DNA from: an uncultured Acidobacteriota bacterium
Lineage (GTDB): Bacteria > Acidobacteriota > Thermoanaerobaculia > Multivoradales > UBA5704
Direction of reading: 5' to 3'
Length of the DNA stretch: 64,000 bases
Assembly: GCA_963770895.1 (NCBI GenBank)
Contig: CAVYRF010000002.1
Coordinates: 1,376,001-1,440,000 of the forward strand
The position numbers and the translations under genes were made by a program. Positions 19,135-29,801 of the stretch are shown here, one piece after another. Under the pieces are notes generated by a model, which made no database searches, was not told the origin of the DNA, and worked only from the letters and a program-made list of their open reading frames with translations. Numbering within the stretch: the stretch's first letter is position 1; every line of letters begins with the position of its first letter.

Positions 19135-20079
19135 GCGACCATCCGGCGCGCGGCGCCGACCATCGGCGCCAGGTCCCGCCACGGCACCAGCACGCTGCCG
19201 TCGCGCAGCGGCGGCAGCAGGCGGCCGTCGACCACTTCGGGCCGCTGCCCAAGGCCCTGTTCCAGCCGGTCCAGCCACAGCCGTTCGAGCGGCGGCGGCG
19301 CCAGCAGCAGGACGCTGTCGAGCGCCGCGCCGGAGAAGTTTTCGTCCAGGAAGTTGCGCGTCATGCGCAGATCACGCACCACGGAGCCGCCCGGATTGCT
19401 GTCGCCGGCGGCGCCCAACCCCTTGTAGCGATGCAGTACGGGCTCGCCGTGGTTGGCCAGGATCAGGCTGTAGCCGTCCTCTTCGACCAGCATCAGCGCC
19501 AGGAACGAGCGGCCGCGCGTCGGCTCCAGGGCGTCCAGCACCGAAAGGCTGACGTTCGAGATATGTCCCAGGCGCACCCCTTGCGCGGCGAAGGCCTCCT
19601 CCAGCTGGGTCAGCAGCGCCTCGACGGCGAACCCCATGAGCAGGCGGCGCGGCTCGGTCTGGCCGGCGATCGGCGACACCTCCGCGGCACCGATCCGCAC
19701 TTCGTCGACGCGAAAGGGCACCAGGCGGCGCAGCTTCCAACGCAACACCTCGTCGCGCGCCGCGGCGGCCCTGGGCAGCTCGCCGCTTTCGGCGTAGGCC
19801 ACCCGCAGCCAGGCGTCGGGGAGCACCAGCGACGCCTCGCGCACGCCGCCCGGCACGCCCTCGACGAGCGCCCCCACCAGCTCGCGGAAGGCGCCCACGG
19901 AGCGCAGCGGACCACCCAGCAGCCCCTGCTGGAACGCCTCGTTGGGCAGCGCCAGCTGGCGCAGCTCGCGCACCTTGAGCCCCTGGCGATCGAGCGTCAG
20001 GTGCCCGTAGCGCAGCCGGCCGTCGCCCAGGGCGAAGACGTGCGGCGGCGACGGCAGCGGCGTGAAGCCGAGCAGCCGC

Positions 20080-21735
<1,656 letters not shown>

Positions 21736-21787
21736 CGGTCTGTGCTCCTTCTGCTCATGCCAGCCCCTCTGGCGTACGCGGCGCGCA

Positions 21788-23005
21788 TCAGAACTTGCTC
21801 TGCCCCAGGGCGCTGACCAGCGGCAGATAGATGGCGATCAGGATCATGGCGACGATGATCCCCATGAACACCAACATCAGCGGCTCGATCAGCTGGAGGA
21901 TGCGCGCCATGCGGGTTTCGATCTGCTCGTCCAGGAAGTCGGCGACGCTGGTCAGCATTTCGTCCAGCGCGCCGGTGGCCTCGCCGACCTTCACCATGTC
22001 CACCGACATCTCGATGAAGACGCCGCTGCGCTCCAGCGCCTCGTGAAAGGGCTTGCCCTCGCGCACCATCTGGATCTGCGGCTCGATGGCGCCGCGCACC
22101 TTCAGGTTGCCCACCGCGCCGGTGGCGATCTCCAGCGCCGGCACCAGGGGCATGCCGCCCGACAGCAGGGTGGCCAGCGAGCGGCAGAACTCGGTGAGCG
22201 CGAAGCGGTGCAGCACCGGGCCGATGAAGGGCAGCTTCAGCTTGATCTTGTCGAGCCCCAGGCGTCCAGCCTCGGTGCGCTGCCAGGTGCGGAAGCTCCA
22301 CCAGGCCGCGACGGCGCCCAGGGCCAGCCACAGCACGTTGCGCTGGGCGAAGGTGGAAACGGCGATCAGCGCGCGCGTCATGAACGGCAGGTCGACTTCC
22401 AGGTTCTCGAAGAAGACCGTGATCTTCGGCACCACGTAGATCATCATCACGGTGATCATGGCGATCGACAGGCACACCAGGACCACCGGGTAGATCAACG
22501 CCGAGATCACCCGCCGGCGCGAATCCAGCACCAGCTTCATGTACTTGATGAAGCGGCGCAGCACCGCTTCCAGCTCGCCGCTCTTTTCGCCCGCCTTGAG
22601 CGTCGCCGGGAAGAGGCGCGGGAACAGCTCGCCGTGGGCGGCAAAGGCGCTGGACAGGTCCTCGCCGGCCTTGACGCGGTCGCGCACGTCGGTCAGGACC
22701 GCCTTGAAGTGCTGGTTCTGCATCCGCTCCAGCATCAGGTCGAGCGCCTGCAGCAGCGGCAGGCCCGCCTTGAGCAGCGCCGCCAGCTCCTGGGTGAAGA
22801 CCATGAACGCCTGCACCGGGATGCTCTTGCGGCGACGCCCGGGGCCGGACGCCCCAAGGCGGCGCGGCAGGCCGCGGCGGCGCACCTCGAAAACGTGCAG
22901 GCCGAGCTTGGCCAGCTCGCTCATCAGCGCCGTTTCGTCGCTGGCCACGAAGCTCTGCTCCAGCACGCGGCCATCGGGGGTCCCCACTCTGCATTCGAAC
23001 TGCAT
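21788..23005 (-). CDS. gspF: GspF/PilC family platform protein
   Basis: FTQELAALLKAGLPL, AGEKSGEL, ALIYP, VGEATGALDEML, LIEPLMLV. Confidence 0.95.
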   Translation of the reverse strand: MQFECRVGTPDGRVLEQSFVASDETALMSELAKLGLHVFEVRRRGLPRRLGASGPGRRRKSIPVQAFMVFTQELAALLKAGLPLLQALDLMLERMQNQHFKAVLTDVRDRVKAGEDLSSAFAAHGELFPRLFPATLKAGEKSGELEAVLRRFIKYMKLVLDSRRRVISALIYPVVLVCLSIAMITVMMIYVVPKITVFFENLEVDLPFMTRALIAVSTFAQRNVLWLALGAVAAWWSFRTWQRTEAGRLGLDKIKLKLPFIGPVLHRFALTEFCRSLATLLSGGMPLVPALEIATGAVGNLKVRGAIEPQIQMVREGKPFHEALERSGVFIEMSVDMVKVGEATGALDEMLTSVADFLDEQIETRMARILQLIEPLMLVFMGIIVAMILIAIYLPLVSALGQSKF

Positions 23006-23023
23006 GATCTGCCTTCCTGATGG

Positions 23024-23791
23024 CTACGGCTCGGGGTGCGGCCGCGGATCGCCCTTGTGCGCCGTCACCACGATGATCAGGGCGTCGCGGCTGCCTTCGC
23101 TGCGCGCCAGGCCCAGGCTCATGGTCTGGTCCAGGCCCAGGTTGAGGTTGGTATGGACCAGGGGCACCGGGGGCACGGCGCCGTGGCGGCTGCCGATGTG
23201 ATGGTCGACTTCGAAATCGGACAGCTTGACGTGGTGCGGGTCGACCAGGGTGCCGATGCGGAAGCTGACCGCGTAGTCCTCTCCCAGGTCGTAGGCGACC
23301 GCCTGCCCCTCCTCGGAGGAGAGCTGGGCCTGGGCCTGCATTTCGTAGCTCTCGTAGGGCAGCAGCTGGCGCAGGCGCCGGGTCAGCGCCTCGGGCAGGT
23401 CCGAGTGGAAGACCGGCGGCGACACCGCGGCGCGGCTGGCGCGCACGATCAGAATCTCCACCCGCACCGGCTGGGCGGGATGGTCGAAGGCGCGCAGCAC
23501 CGGCACGATGCGGGCGAGCGCCGTCTGGGTGTCGCGGATCACCAGGGTGTTGCCGCTGGGCTGCAGCTCCAGCGCGCCGCGCGCCGACAGCAGCGGCTGG
23601 ATCAGCGGGATGGCCTCGATCGCGTGCTGGTAGCGCAGGGTGTAGGCGTGCAGCACCAGCGCTTCGTCCGCCGACACCACCGCCGTAGCTGGAAGGCAGG
23701 TCCAGAAGACGATCGCGACGATCGCGGCGAGGCGGCGCACGGGTACCATCAGAAAACTCGGAAGTTTAGCGCGTTGCAGGGTCCAGCTCAA
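23024..23791 (-). CDS. Secreted protein with a NolW/secretin N3-like domain
   Basis: Signal peptide, then YTLRY..A.E....IQPLLS..G......NTLVIRDT...L.RI...L..FDHP. Start may be 23749. Confidence 0.6.
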   Translation of the reverse strand: MSWTLQRAKLPSFLMVPVRRLAAIVAIVFWTCLPATAVVSADEALVLHAYTLRYQHAIEAIPLIQPLLSARGALELQPSGNTLVIRDTQTALARIVPVLRAFDHPAQPVRVEILIVRASRAAVSPPVFHSDLPEALTRRLRQLLPYESYEMQAQAQLSSEEGQAVAYDLGEDYAVSFRIGTLVDPHHVKLSDFEVDHHIGSRHGAVPPVPLVHTNLNLGLDQTMSLGLARSEGSRDALIIVVTAHKGDPRPHPEP

Positions 23792-23892
23792 AGGACGAAC
23801 GCCACCAGCGGCCGGAGCTCCCAGGCTCCTGCGGGCGGTGGCAGCGGTGCGCGCGGCTGGAGCGGGATGATCTGCGGTCCTGACGCACCCGC

Positions 23893-24543
23893 TCAGACAT
23901 CGAGCTTCTCATCCACGATCATCACCACAGACATCTGCGGCCCGTCGATCTGGTACACCCGCGCGCCGGGACGGCTGAGGCCCTCGATGGAGGAGCGATC
24001 CGCCGCCGGGATCGCCGGCATTGCCGGGATCGCCGCGTTGGGGGCCGGACCGGCGGCGTGCGCCCAGCCGAACGACCTGGGCTGCGCCGCAAGGCTGGCG
24101 GGGGTGGCGCCGCCGGAGTCCAGAGCCCGCAGCGCCGGTGCCAGGGTGCCACCACTCCCCAGGGGATGCCAGGTGCGGTCGGAGCCGCACAGCAGCGCCA
24201 GGGCGGTCAGGCTGGCGGCCAGCGCCCAGCGCTTGGCGCCGTGAAAGGCGTGGTGGTCCCTGCCGCTGGTGGCGAGCGAAGCCAGGGCGCCGCGGACGGG
24301 GTGCGGGCGGTTGCGGCTCGCGGTGCGCATCGCGGCCACGGCCAGCCGGGCAGCCGCCACTTCGTCCGCCTCTGCCGCCGGGCTCAGCACCGCCCCCGGC
24401 AGGCGCCGGAAGATCAAGGTCGGGTCGGCGGCCAGCGCCTGCTGCCAGCATGCCTTGCAGCCGCTGTCGAGGTGGCCCAGGGCCGCCTGCCAGCGCGCCG
24501 CGTCCAGGTCGGGGTCGAGATGGCGCCAATCGGGGCAGCTCAT
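23893..24543 (-). CDS. Putative zinc-binding anti-sigma factor
   Basis: MSC...HLDSGCKAC (ZAS-like HxxxxCxxC), central TM segment; translationally coupled to the ECF sigma gene. Confidence 0.65.
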   Translation of the reverse strand: MSCPDWRHLDPDLDAARWQAALGHLDSGCKACWQQALAADPTLIFRRLPGAVLSPAAEADEVAAARLAVAAMRTASRNRPHPVRGALASLATSGRDHHAFHGAKRWALAASLTALALLCGSDRTWHPLGSGGTLAPALRALDSGGATPASLAAQPRSFGWAHAAGPAPNAAIPAMPAIPAADRSSIEGLSRPGARVYQIDGPQMSVVMIVDEKLDV

Positions 24544-25226
24544 GGCAGCTCCTGGCCGGCCCCCGGCAGCGGCTCGGCGCCGGCGCCCAGGGTCGTCATC
24601 GCCCCCGCGTATTCGGGGTAGCGCCGCAACAGCTCGGTGCGCAGAGACTTGCGGGCGTTGAACAGGTGGTTGCGCACGGTCGATTCGCGGCATCCCACGA
24701 TCGCCGCCACTTCGGGCGACGACAGGCCTTCGATCTCGCGCAGCAGGAACACCATGCGCTGCTTTTCAGACAACGACGCCGCCAGCTCGCGGAAGATCGT
24801 CGCCACCTCGCCCTGCTGCAGGCGGGACAGGTCGCGATGGGCGCGGCCGTCCGCCACCTGGCGCAGGTGCTGGCGCACCGGCTCCTGAATCCGCTCGCGG
24901 CTGCGCCGCGCCCGCAGGTGGTCGATCGCAAGGTTGCTGGCGATGCGGTAGATCCAAGTGTTGGGGCTCCATCGCTCGTCGAATTTGCGCCGGTTTTCCC
25001 ACACCTTGAAGAAGGTCACCTGCACCACGTCGCGCGCTTCTTCCATGTCGCCAAGGATGCGGGATACCAGTTGGAGCAACGGCTTGGTCTTGCGGCCGAT
25101 CAGCTCGTCGAGCGCCTGTTCGCTGCCCTCCCGCAGGGAGAGCAACAGATCACGGTCAGAGAGCTCAGCCCACTCGGACTGGGCGGGTCGCGACGATCGG
25201 CTGCGAGAGTAGACGAGTTCGAGCAT
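24540..25226 (-). CDS. ECF RNA polymerase sigma factor
   Basis: Region 2 EEARDVVQVTFFKVW...TWIYRIASNLAIDHLR; region 4 LSEKQRMVFLLREIEGLS..EVA.IVGCRESTVRNHLFNARKSLR. Start 25226 preferred; an in-frame upstream ATG exists at 25532. Confidence 0.92.
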   Translation of the reverse strand: MLELVYSRSRSSRPAQSEWAELSDRDLLLSLREGSEQALDELIGRKTKPLLQLVSRILGDMEEARDVVQVTFFKVWENRRKFDERWSPNTWIYRIASNLAIDHLRARRSRERIQEPVRQHLRQVADGRAHRDLSRLQQGEVATIFRELAASLSEKQRMVFLLREIEGLSSPEVAAIVGCRESTVRNHLFNARKSLRTELLRRYPEYAGAMTTLGAGAEPLPGAGQELP

Positions 25227-25347
25227 ATCACCACGGTATACGGGCCGCCCTCGCGGAGCGTCTAGCAGCTCATCCTGGGAGGTCAGCACGGACGACAACA
25301 ACGCTTCTGCCTGCAGATCCGCGCCGGCGATCCCGCCGCCGCCGCAA

Positions 25348-25463
25348 TCGCCCACCAGGCCCGGATCGCCCGGATCTCCCACCAGGCCCGGATCACCCGG
25401 ATCGCCGGTCTGGTCGGGATCGCCCGGATCGCCCGCCTGGCCGGGATCGCCGGGATCGCCGGC
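25348..25463. repeat. Degenerate 27-bp tandem repeat (about 4 units) containing 8 GGATC sites
   Basis: GATC at 25364, 25373, 25391, 25400, 25418, 25427, 25445, 25454 (alternating 9/18-bp spacing). Would encode GDPGDPGxx on the minus strand. Confidence 0.85.
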
Positions 25464-25587
25464 CGGGGCAGGATGCGCCGCCGCCGCGCGATCGGCGGGC
25501 TCGCCAGGCGCGCGGTCCTGGCCGGGAGCCATGCTCAAGGAGCGAAAGAGGTTCGGTCGAAAGCGCATTGCCGCCACATCCAGCCGG

Positions 25588-25685
25588 TCCGGGGTCCGGG
25601 TTCCGGGGTCCGGGGTCCGGGGTCCGGGGTCCGGGGTCCGGGGTCCGGGGTCCGGGGTCCGGGGTCCGGGGTCCGGGGTCCGGGG
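25588..25685. repeat. Heptamer tandem repeat (TCCGGGG) x14
   Basis: 98 bp of contiguous 7-mers with one variant unit (TCCGGGT); lies between the divergent sigma and waaA genes. Confidence 0.97.
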
Positions 25686-25709
25686 TGGGCCATTATACTT
25701 CGTCGCCGG

Positions 25710-27314
25710 ATGGCTTCTCTTCTGTGGCTGCTGTATCAGGCCGGCTTGGCGTTGGCGCTGCTGATCGCCGGCCCGTTCCTGTTGGTGCGCCGGGGCAAGC
25801 ATTACTTACCCACCCTATCCGGGCGCCTGGGCGGCGGCAGCGGCATGCCGCCGGCGGGTCCCGCGGCAGGGAAGGCCGGACGGACCGGCGAGGCCCCGCC
25901 GGCGGATGTCGCTGGGCGCCCCCTGTGGCTGCACGCGGTTTCCGTCGGCGAGGTCGGGGTCGCCGCCACCCTGGCGCGGGCGCTGCCTGCCGCCGTGCCG
26001 CTCGTCGTCACCACCGTGACCCCAACCGGGCAGGCGCTGGCCCAGCGCCTCTTTGCCGGCCGCGCGCAGGTCGCCTACCTGCCCTTCGACCTGCGCCCGA
26101 CCTTGGGCCGCTTCTGGCGCCGTTTCACGCCGGCGGCCCTCATCCTGGTCGAAGGCGACTACTGGCCGCTGCTGCTGCGCCAGGCGAGCCGCCGGGGGCT
26201 GCCGGTGGCGGTCGTCAACGGCCGCGTCGGCGATCGCGGCTTCCGCCGCCTGCGACTCCTGCGCCCCCTGACCCGGCTGTTTTTTGGCAACGTCCAGCAC
26301 TTCGGCATGCAAACCGCCGAAGACCGTGCCCGCCTGGAGCGGCTGGGCGTCGAACCGGCGCGCCTGACGGTCACCGGCAACCTCAAGTTCGACACCCCCG
26401 AGCCGCCCATCGGCCCCGAGCTCAGGGTCCTGATCGCGGCATGCGAACAGCTGGCCGCGGGGAGGCCGCTGCTCATCGCCGGCTCGACCATGGCCGGCGA
26501 AGACGAGCAGGTCCTGGCCGCCTTCCAGACCCTGGGCGGCGGGCAGCGCGCCCTGCTCGTGCTCGCCCCGCGCCACCCCGAGCGCTGGGGCGACGTCGAG
26601 CGCCTGCTGCGCCAAAGCGGCCTGGCCGCCCGCCGCCGCACCTCCCTGGCCATCGCGCCGGCCACCGACCTGCCGCCGCGCGCCACCCGGACCGACGTCC
26701 TTCTTCTGGACACCGTGGGCGAGCTGGCCGCCCTGTACAGTGCCGGCGCCGCCGCCTTCATCGGCGGCACCCTGGTGCCCACCGGCGGCCACAACCCCAT
26801 CGAGCCCGCCCGCTACCGCCTGCCCATCGCCGTCGGCCCCTCCATGCACAACTTCCGCGACGTCGCCGCCCGCTTCGACGCCGCCGCCGCCTGGCAGCGC
26901 GTCGCCGGCCCTGACGACCTGGCCGCCGCCTGGCGCCATTGGCTGGACCACCCCACCGCCGCCCGCGCCCAAGGGGAAAAAGCCGCCGCCCTCCTGGCCG
27001 AAAACCGCGGCGCCATCCTCCGCACCCTCGACCTCCTGGCGCCGCTCCTGGCCACCCTGCACCCGCCCGCCGCCACCGGCACCGCGGCGTCCGTCGCAAG
27101 TGCCGGCGTCGGCGCAGGTGCGTCCGGCTCTGCCGCAGCGGCTGACGCTTCGCCGAGAGCCGCCTTTGCCGGCAACCAGACTTGGACGCCTGGGTCTGGA
27201 ATGGACAGAGCGGACGCGGCTCGCACGTCCGAGACCCCGGCAACGACCCCGCACGGTGACGCTGCGGCGCCTGCTTTGCCGGCACCGGCAGTGGGCGCCA
27301 GGACGGACGGATAG
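25710..27314 (+). CDS. waaA: 3-deoxy-D-manno-octulosonic acid (Kdo) transferase
   Basis: WLHAVSVGE, TTVTPTG, YLPFD, TGNLKFD, AGST..GE, LAPRHPER, LDTVGEL, GGHNPIEPA. Confidence 0.95.
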   Translation: MASLLWLLYQAGLALALLIAGPFLLVRRGKHYLPTLSGRLGGGSGMPPAGPAAGKAGRTGEAPPADVAGRPLWLHAVSVGEVGVAATLARALPAAVPLVVTTVTPTGQALAQRLFAGRAQVAYLPFDLRPTLGRFWRRFTPAALILVEGDYWPLLLRQASRRGLPVAVVNGRVGDRGFRRLRLLRPLTRLFFGNVQHFGMQTAEDRARLERLGVEPARLTVTGNLKFDTPEPPIGPELRVLIAACEQLAAGRPLLIAGSTMAGEDEQVLAAFQTLGGGQRALLVLAPRHPERWGDVERLLRQSGLAARRRTSLAIAPATDLPPRATRTDVLLLDTVGELAALYSAGAAAFIGGTLVPTGGHNPIEPARYRLPIAVGPSMHNFRDVAARFDAAAAWQRVAGPDDLAAAWRHWLDHPTAARAQGEKAAALLAENRGAILRTLDLLAPLLATLHPPAATGTAASVASAGVGAGASGSAAAADASPRAAFAGNQTWTPGSGMDRADAARTSETPATTPHGDAAAPALPAPAVGARTDG

Positions 27315-27326
27315 CGCGGGAACGAG

Positions 27327-28562
27327 ATGGAGCCTCCAAGCACCGCGGCGACGCTTGCCGCTCCCCCTCTTGCCTCGTCCCCCTGGCAGCGGCTCTACGC
27401 GGGAGCGCACCGGTTACGCGCTGCGTGGTACCTGCGGCACGCCGCGGCCCTGCCGCGACCGGTCATCAGCATCGGCAACGTCCATTGGGGGGGCACCGGC
27501 AAGACGCCCGTCGTCGCCGCCATCGCCCGCCATCTGCGGCAGCAGAGCCTTGCCGTCTGCATCCTGTCGCGCGGCTACGGCGGCCAGGGCCGGGGCGTAC
27601 GGATCGTCAGCCGCGGCGCCGGGCCGCTGCTGGGAGCGGCAGAAGCAGGCGACGAGCCCGTGCAGCTGGCAGGCGAGCTACCGGGAGTCGCCGTGGTGGT
27701 CGGCCCCGACCGGCACCGCGCCGGCCTCGAAGCGCTGGCCCGCCTGCGCCCGGTCCCGGACGTCTTCCTGCTCGACGACGGCTTTTCCCACCTCGCCCTG
27801 CGCCGCGACCTGGACCTGCTGGTCTTTCCCGCCAGCGACCCCTTCGGCGGCGGCCGCCTCTGGCCGGGAGGCCGCCTGCGCGAACCCTTGGCGGCGGCGG
27901 CACGAGCCGACGCCCTGCTGCTCACCCAGCACGTCGCCGCCGGCCCCGCTGCCGCCAGCAAGAGAGGCCGTGACGGCGGCGCGGGCCGGAGCGGTACAGA
28001 CGGCGGCGCGGGCGACGCTCCCGCCGGTGGCGGTGCGCTGGCCGCGGCCCTGCGCGCTCATGGGTTTGCGGGTCCGGGCTTCGACTGTCCGATCCGCGCC
28101 GGGGCGCCGATGCTGCAGACCGCGGAAGGGCCGGTGCCGCTTGCCCCCGGCAGCAAGGTCGTGCTGGTGAGCGCCGTCGCGCGCCCCGACGCGTTTGCCG
28201 CCACCGTGCGCAAGCTAGACTTTGCCGTCATGGACGAGCTGCGCTTCGCGGATCACCACCCCTATCCCGCGGCCAGCCTGGCCCACATCGCGGCGCGCGT
28301 CCACGCGAGCGGCGCGGCCGCGGCGCTGGTCACCGCCAAGGATGGCGTCAAGCTGATGGGGCGGCTCGCCGTTCCCTTGGCCGAGCTGTCCGTCGAGGCC
28401 GACCCGCAGCCGGCGTTCTGGGACTGGTTCGATCGCGCCGTCGCCACGCTGTCCCAGCAGAGCCCGCCGGCAGGAAGCATTCCGGCCCGGCAAAACCTCC
28501 CGACAGGCGCCGGCGCCGGTCCACCATCCCAGCGACGCCCGCCGGTCGGCGGCGGCGCGTGA
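27327..28562 (+). CDS. lpxK: Tetraacyldisaccharide 4'-kinase
   Basis: PVISIGNVHWGGTGKTP, ILSRGYG, GDEP, LLDDGFSH..L.RDLD, PGGRLREP, FADHHPY, VTAKDGVKL. Confidence 0.95.
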   Translation: MEPPSTAATLAAPPLASSPWQRLYAGAHRLRAAWYLRHAAALPRPVISIGNVHWGGTGKTPVVAAIARHLRQQSLAVCILSRGYGGQGRGVRIVSRGAGPLLGAAEAGDEPVQLAGELPGVAVVVGPDRHRAGLEALARLRPVPDVFLLDDGFSHLALRRDLDLLVFPASDPFGGGRLWPGGRLREPLAAAARADALLLTQHVAAGPAAASKRGRDGGAGRSGTDGGAGDAPAGGGALAAALRAHGFAGPGFDCPIRAGAPMLQTAEGPVPLAPGSKVVLVSAVARPDAFAATVRKLDFAVMDELRFADHHPYPAASLAHIAARVHASGAAAALVTAKDGVKLMGRLAVPLAELSVEADPQPAFWDWFDRAVATLSQQSPPAGSIPARQNLPTGAGAGPPSQRRPPVGGGA

Positions 28563-28587
28563 TGCGTCCATCGGGAGAGCGAGCGGC

Positions 28588-29565
28588 GTGAAGCACGCAC
28601 CGGTGCGCCACCGCCTGGAATATGGCGCCTACCTGGCGCTCAAGGGGCTGGTCCGCGCGCTGCCACACAATGCCGCACGGCCGCTGGGCGCCGCCCTCGG
28701 CCGGCTGGCACACCTCGTGGACCGCAGCCATCGGCGCCTCGCCGACGCCAACCTGTCCCTGGCGTTCCCGGACCTCACCCCCGCCGAGCGCCGGGCGCTG
28801 GTCGCCGCCTGCTTTCGCCACTTCGGCGCCGCACTGTGCGATCTCATCTCCGCCGACCGGCTGTCCGCCGTCGAGCTGTGCAGCCGCTTCACCTACGAAG
28901 GCTGGGAGCACCTGGACCAGGCCGAGCGCCTTGGCCGCGGCGTCTTCCTGCTGGGCGCCCACCACGGCTGCTGGGAGATCTCGGGCCGCCCCATCGCGCT
29001 CTACCGCGGCCTGCTGCACACCATCGCCCGCCCCGCCGACAACCCCCACCTGGAACGCGAGCTGTCCGGCCTGCGCCAGCGCCTGGGCTACGCCGTCATC
29101 CACAAGCGCGGCGCCGCCCGCCGCATGCTCCAGGTCCTGCGCGACCGCGGCCGCATCGGCATCCTCCCCGACCAGCGAGTCCAGGAGCACGAAGGCATCC
29201 TGGTCCCCTTCTTCGACCATCCCGCCCTGACCACCCCCATCCTGGCCCGCATGTCCCGCCGCACCAACTGTCCCGTCGTCCCCGTCTTCGCCTACCCCGA
29301 GCCCAAAGGCCGCTACCGCCTTGTCGTCCTGCCCGCGATCCTCCCCACCGATCCAACTTCCGACGCCGCATCAACGGCCGCTGCTTCCTCCACACAGGAC
29401 GACTCCGAGGAAGCCGCGGTCGCGGCCCTGACTCGCCGCTACCTGGAAGTCATCGAAAGCGAGATCCGCGCCCACCCCCACATGTGGCTGTGGATGCACC
29501 GCCGCTGGACCCCCCGCCGCCGACGCCGCCCCGCCGCCGACCTTGCCCAAAGCCCCGATTCATAA
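28588..29565 (+). CDS. lpxL: Lipid A biosynthesis lysophospholipid acyltransferase (LpxL/HtrB family)
   Basis: GAHHGCWE (HxxxxE), ILPDQ, VPFF, IRAHPHMWLWMHRRW; follows waaA-lpxK. Confidence 0.85.
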   Translation: MKHAPVRHRLEYGAYLALKGLVRALPHNAARPLGAALGRLAHLVDRSHRRLADANLSLAFPDLTPAERRALVAACFRHFGAALCDLISADRLSAVELCSRFTYEGWEHLDQAERLGRGVFLLGAHHGCWEISGRPIALYRGLLHTIARPADNPHLERELSGLRQRLGYAVIHKRGAARRMLQVLRDRGRIGILPDQRVQEHEGILVPFFDHPALTTPILARMSRRTNCPVVPVFAYPEPKGRYRLVVLPAILPTDPTSDAASTAAASSTQDDSEEAAVAALTRRYLEVIESEIRAHPHMWLWMHRRWTPRRRRRPAADLAQSPDS

Positions 29566-29571
29566 CCGAAG

Positions 29572-29646
29572 TCAGTCGCCGCCCTGCAGCGCCTCGCGAA
29601 CCTTCGTACGCGCTGCGCTCCGGGCCGGCAGGTAGGCGGCCACCAG
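29572..29646 (-). pseudogene. Possible remnant of an FtsX/MacB-type ABC permease C-terminus
   Basis: LVAAYLPARSAARTKVREALQGGD* resembles the PARRAAR.DP..ALR terminus; no upstream body of the gene. Confidence 0.4.
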
Positions 29647-29801
29647 GCCGAGGCGGAAAGGGCCGAACAAGCGTACGTCTGTGCCACGACCGCCCGACAC
29701 GCGCGACATTCGGCGAATTATAGCGGTGACATGCTGGTCCCCATCTTCGAGTCCATGTTCCGCCCGCGCGACAGGTGGCGGGGCATCGGGGGGGCGTCGC
29801 T

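Noticed and set aside
25588-25685. Possible CRISPR array or coding PGPRTPD/GSGVRGP repeat
   Set aside because: Contiguous 7-mers without spacers and no cas genes; the peptide repeats arise only from extending the sigma and waaA ORFs beyond their likely starts.
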